A DNA stretch of 64,000 bases from Rhizodiscina lignyota (taxonomy: Eukaryota). The DNA lies in the NCBI GenBank assembly GCA_010015805.1, contig ML978130.1, forward strand, positions 310,001-374,000. The letters run 5' to 3'. Shown in pieces: positions 60,676-64,000 of this stretch (position 1 is its first letter; every line of letters begins with the position of its first letter). The position numbers were made by a program, and so were the translations under genes. The notes under the pieces were generated by a model. The model saw only the letters and a program-made list of their open reading frames with translations. It did no database searches and was not told where the DNA came from.

Positions 60676-63189
60676 ATGCCTGAAGCATATGAAGAGATTT
60701 GGCAAGACGCAGACGATGAAAACTCTACACCCCGAAAGTACCTCAATCTGTGTGACAGCTGCCAAAATATCATGACCAGTCCAACGAACATCAAGCAACT
60801 CAAGAGTCAAACGGGCCTTCGACTTTGTTCGGGATCACAAGAGGTGTCAAATTGTGCCCTCCGCGCCATTGCTTTGGAGAGTATCGGTGTCTTCAATGCT
60901 CGTCACCCTGGTCATATCAATCAAGATGATGACGGTGTCGTGAATGTGTTTGGGAGGAAACTCGGGAAAGGCGTCGAATGGTATGACATTGACACGTTGG
61001 AGCTGAGATACTTCCGCGAAGACTCGTCCGGCTTGAGGTTCACTCCGCTGTTGGAATTCGATGTTCTCGCTTCGCCAGGTATGACTTTTGCTCTTTCGCC
61101 TACAGCGCACCGAGGGCGACCGAGCTTCCACTGAGAGCAGTTTAATACTTCTCCATGCATTTGGTGTTGAACGGAGTCCATTCATCTGCGTCAAACTTGG
61201 AAATTCAGATGCGCAGCGACTTCGGCTTGCATCTGTCGGGCTACTCGCACTAGTTATCCATTTCACGCTCATCTATCCCCCTTAGCGCTAGACGCATTCC
61301 CAGTTTTAGGAAGGGCTAGGTGCCAGTACTCCCGTGATATGGGTACTTCTGTACCGAGGGCTGGGGGTACTTCTGTACCGATGCCGGGGATGCCCTAGCG
61401 CTCAGAGGGATATTCCTTATAGTATATATCGATTCCGGTTCATGTTTCTGAAGAAAGAGTATTTGGAACTCCGCGGCTCATATGCTCCCCTTTCTGGAGG
61501 ATGCACCTGTTTTGAAAGGGGCTGTGAATCCCACTCACAAAGGCGGAGCATGTGCGCGAAATACGTGCTGCAAACATGACGATGCCTCATACATGCTGAT
61601 TGGCTTGACGGCTACTTAAAACACGATGCAAACATGTCGCTGATGACCTCTGTACAGATGATCCAGCGGCCGAATACATAAGCACGCGACCACCGGAGCT
61701 GAACATGCTCTCCGAGCAATCTTTCAATCGCATCAAACGTTGGATCACCGACTGCGAGAAGAACCATATAAACTGTCCAGCACCTTCAGCAGCGACTCTT
61801 CCGACACGGGTTATAGATGTCGGTGTCCTTGAACAAACGCAGATTGCCCGGGTTTATGAGACCGCTCATGAGAATGGCAGGTATGTAGCATTGAGCTATT
61901 GCTGGGGTGGCCCGCAGATGATAGCACTTACTACCGCAACACGATCTCAAATGGAAAGGGGTATTTGTATCTCAAGTCTGCCGAGGACGTTGCAAGATGC
62001 CATATTCATTACGAGGATGCTCGGACTCCGATATATCTGGGTCGACTCGATGTGCATCATCCAAGATGACCCAGCAGACAAAGAGAAGGAACTGAAGGCG
62101 ATGGCGCAGATATATAGAGATGCCTTTGTCACCATCTCTGCCGCCAGTACAAAGAGCTGTCAGGATGGTTTCCTGGCGAGGAGAAAGCCAAAGGCGTCTC
62201 ATTATCCGCGGTTCACTCTACCGTACTGTGCGTGGGACGATGAGTCAAAGATTGGTAGCGTCGTTCTGCAACAGCAGTTCTACCATGACTTTCTTACCGA
62301 ACCCATAAACAAACGGGCGTGGACTCTGCAGGAACGACTGTTGAGCCCGCGAATCCTCATATACGGTACTCATGAACTCTGGTGGCAATGTCAAGCTGAG
62401 CAGCTTAGCAACGGCGGAACAGGCAAGTTCTACGATCCAGGCGCGGAACGTCTCTTGTCAGCCTTCTTCCAGCATGATAAGGAGACATTAACACACAAAG
62501 AGTGGTGGTACTCTTGGGTCGATACCGTAATTGACTACACGCACCGGGAGCTCAGCTTCGAAGAGGATAAGCTAGTCGCGATATCCGCCATTGCCTCTCA
62601 GTTCCAAGCCGTCCAGAGCAACGACTACCTCGCCGGATTATGGAAATCAACTCTGCTGATGGACCTCACGTGGATGATCGACCCATCAAAGAGTCAGCCT
62701 CTGAAACCCCGACCATCTAAGTATGTGGCTCCCTCTTGGTCATGGGCCGCTGTGCAGGGAACAGTCTCATTTGCCTCATCCTGGAGCTCGGAGAACGAAG
62801 CATCATATGCGGAAGTGTCGCGATGCGAAACCACCTTGTCAACTAATGAGCTCCCGACTGGTAGAGTCACTGCTGGCTTTTTGGAGGCTCGAGCAAAAGT
62901 CAAAGAGGCGAGATGGAGATCACGAACGACCGACCTGCTCGATTATGAACCTTATGATCAGTCCAAAACAATTGGCAGGGCCTGGATGGACGCAGAGGAA
63001 GAGAAGCCAGAGAGACTCTTTTGTATCAGACTCGAGCGGAATGTCGGGCTTATCGTGACAGAGCAGAGTCCGTGTGTATTCCAGCGAGTGGGCTTCTTTG
63101 AGATAATTGGAGAGTCGAGTGAAGAGAGCGTTGCTCTCACGGATAAATGGTTCGAACAATGTGACACGCAGATAATTACGATAATTTAA
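60676..63189 (+). CDS. HET-domain protein (TOL/HET-6-like architecture)
   Basis: Exon 1 60676..61078, 579-nt intron, exon 2 from 61658 (DPAAEYISTRP...LPTRVIDV...YVALSYCWG...YIWVDSMCIIQDD...RAWTLQERLLSPR...YLAGLW...APSWSWA). Confidence 0.92.
61276..61410. mobile_element. 135-bp MITE-like element with imperfect ~25-bp TIRs and TA duplication, inside the HET intron
   Basis: TA|TCCCCCTTAGCGCTAGACGCATTCCC ... GGGGATGCCCTAGCGCTCAGAGGGA|TA; internal direct repeat GGGTACTTCTGTACCGA x2. Confidence 0.65.
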
Positions 63190-63629
63190 GCATAACTGAA
63201 GGAGAGCGAGAGGAATGTGCAGAACAGATTAGATCTTTTTATGGAATTAATCCACATGGCTGCCTCAAGGGTAGTAAAATTGTTACCCGCCGGGTAAGTT
63301 ACGATAGCCTAAGGGCGAGGAGCTTTTGTATCTTACTTCAACGTAAGCGAGATTATCTCTGAAAGCTTAATTCTACATTCTCTAAAGTATAGATACGAAT
63401 ATCATATTAAGAAACCTTTATCTTCTTTTCCTGGTTATGGATGCTGTTCTCTGTCCTGAAAGTTGCGATTAACTTTGTCACTCTCCAGCTTGCATCCAAC
63501 AAGTCTCGCCGAGGTATGTAATCACGAGCCCCGCAAGCTTCAACGCAGTCGCTCTTTGTATGCTAATGGAGCACTTCTGACTTGAATTCCTGTTAATCAA
63601 GGTCCAGAAACAGCTTCACGAGCCAAAGC

Positions 63630-64000
63630 ATGGCTCCTAAAATATATTACGCCCCAAGATATTACTCGATACCCAATTTGGACCTCTTGTCCATTCTTTT
63701 CGGTCAGTACTACACCGGAGGATCTATGCAGGCTAATATCTCACAGTACGTAGATCCAAATGAACATTGTTTGTCAAAAAACGATGCTAAAATACACATT
63801 GATGCCGCCAATACTGCCAACTATCTCACTAAAGCCGGTTGCCGCAAACTACTAGAACAATTTGCATACAGTTTCCGCAATAAATTCGGCATCGGAGCAT
63901 CTGGTCATTCAAAAGATGTCATTGTCGGATTTTCCACTCTGCAAATTCTGCTCCCTATTGCATTCTACGGAACAATAGCTGCTGGCGGCATTTTCTCATG
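63630..64000 (+). CDS. AMP-dependent acyl-CoA ligase (4-coumarate-CoA ligase-like), 5' part only; absent from the ORF track
   Basis: MAPKIYY...IPNLDLLSILF|DPNEH...FGIGASGHSKDVIV...AFYGTIAAGGIFS; intron 63703..63753; frame open to the window end. Confidence 0.75.
   Translation, partial: MAPKIYYAPRYYSIPNLDLLSILFGQYYTGGSMQANISQYVDPNEHCLSKNDAKIHIDAANTANYLTKAGCRKLLEQFAYSFRNKFGIGASGHSKDVIVGFSTLQILLPIAFYGTIAAGGIFS

Overview
Gene-dense chromosomal DNA from a filamentous ascomycete (short GT..AG introns with CTAAC/CTGAC branch sites, Zn2Cys6 factors, HET domains, PTH11-like protein). About 30 protein-coding loci. Core genes: Ste23/IDE peptidase 3' end, ribokinase, mitochondrial L27, dephospho-CoA kinase, UBC7, MetAP2. 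Accessory genes: PS-decarboxylase-like, AsaB/CmcJ-like oxygenase, purple acid phosphatase, two MFS transporters, GFA protein, TmpA-like, amidohydrolase, two HET proteins, and a 4CL-like ligase running off the right edge. Most notable: (1) an unannotated protein with the ABBA-KEN-D-box order of the APC/C-Cdh1 inhibitor Acm1, behind a CGCG/MCB-rich promoter; (2) a ~210-250 bp direct repeat 16 kb apart that brackets an accessory block and is conserved like a coding sequence; (3) a TA-flanked MITE with a second, impala-like inverted-repeat element nested in it, upstream of the phosphatase; (4) a second MITE family, one copy expanding a HET intron; (5) an N/Q/G-rich oligopeptide-repeat protein; (6) a headless TF abutting an intact TF; (7) a one-base frameshift in the GDPD gene. 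No tRNA, rRNA or CRISPR seen. All family calls come from motif recognition by eye, not database searches.
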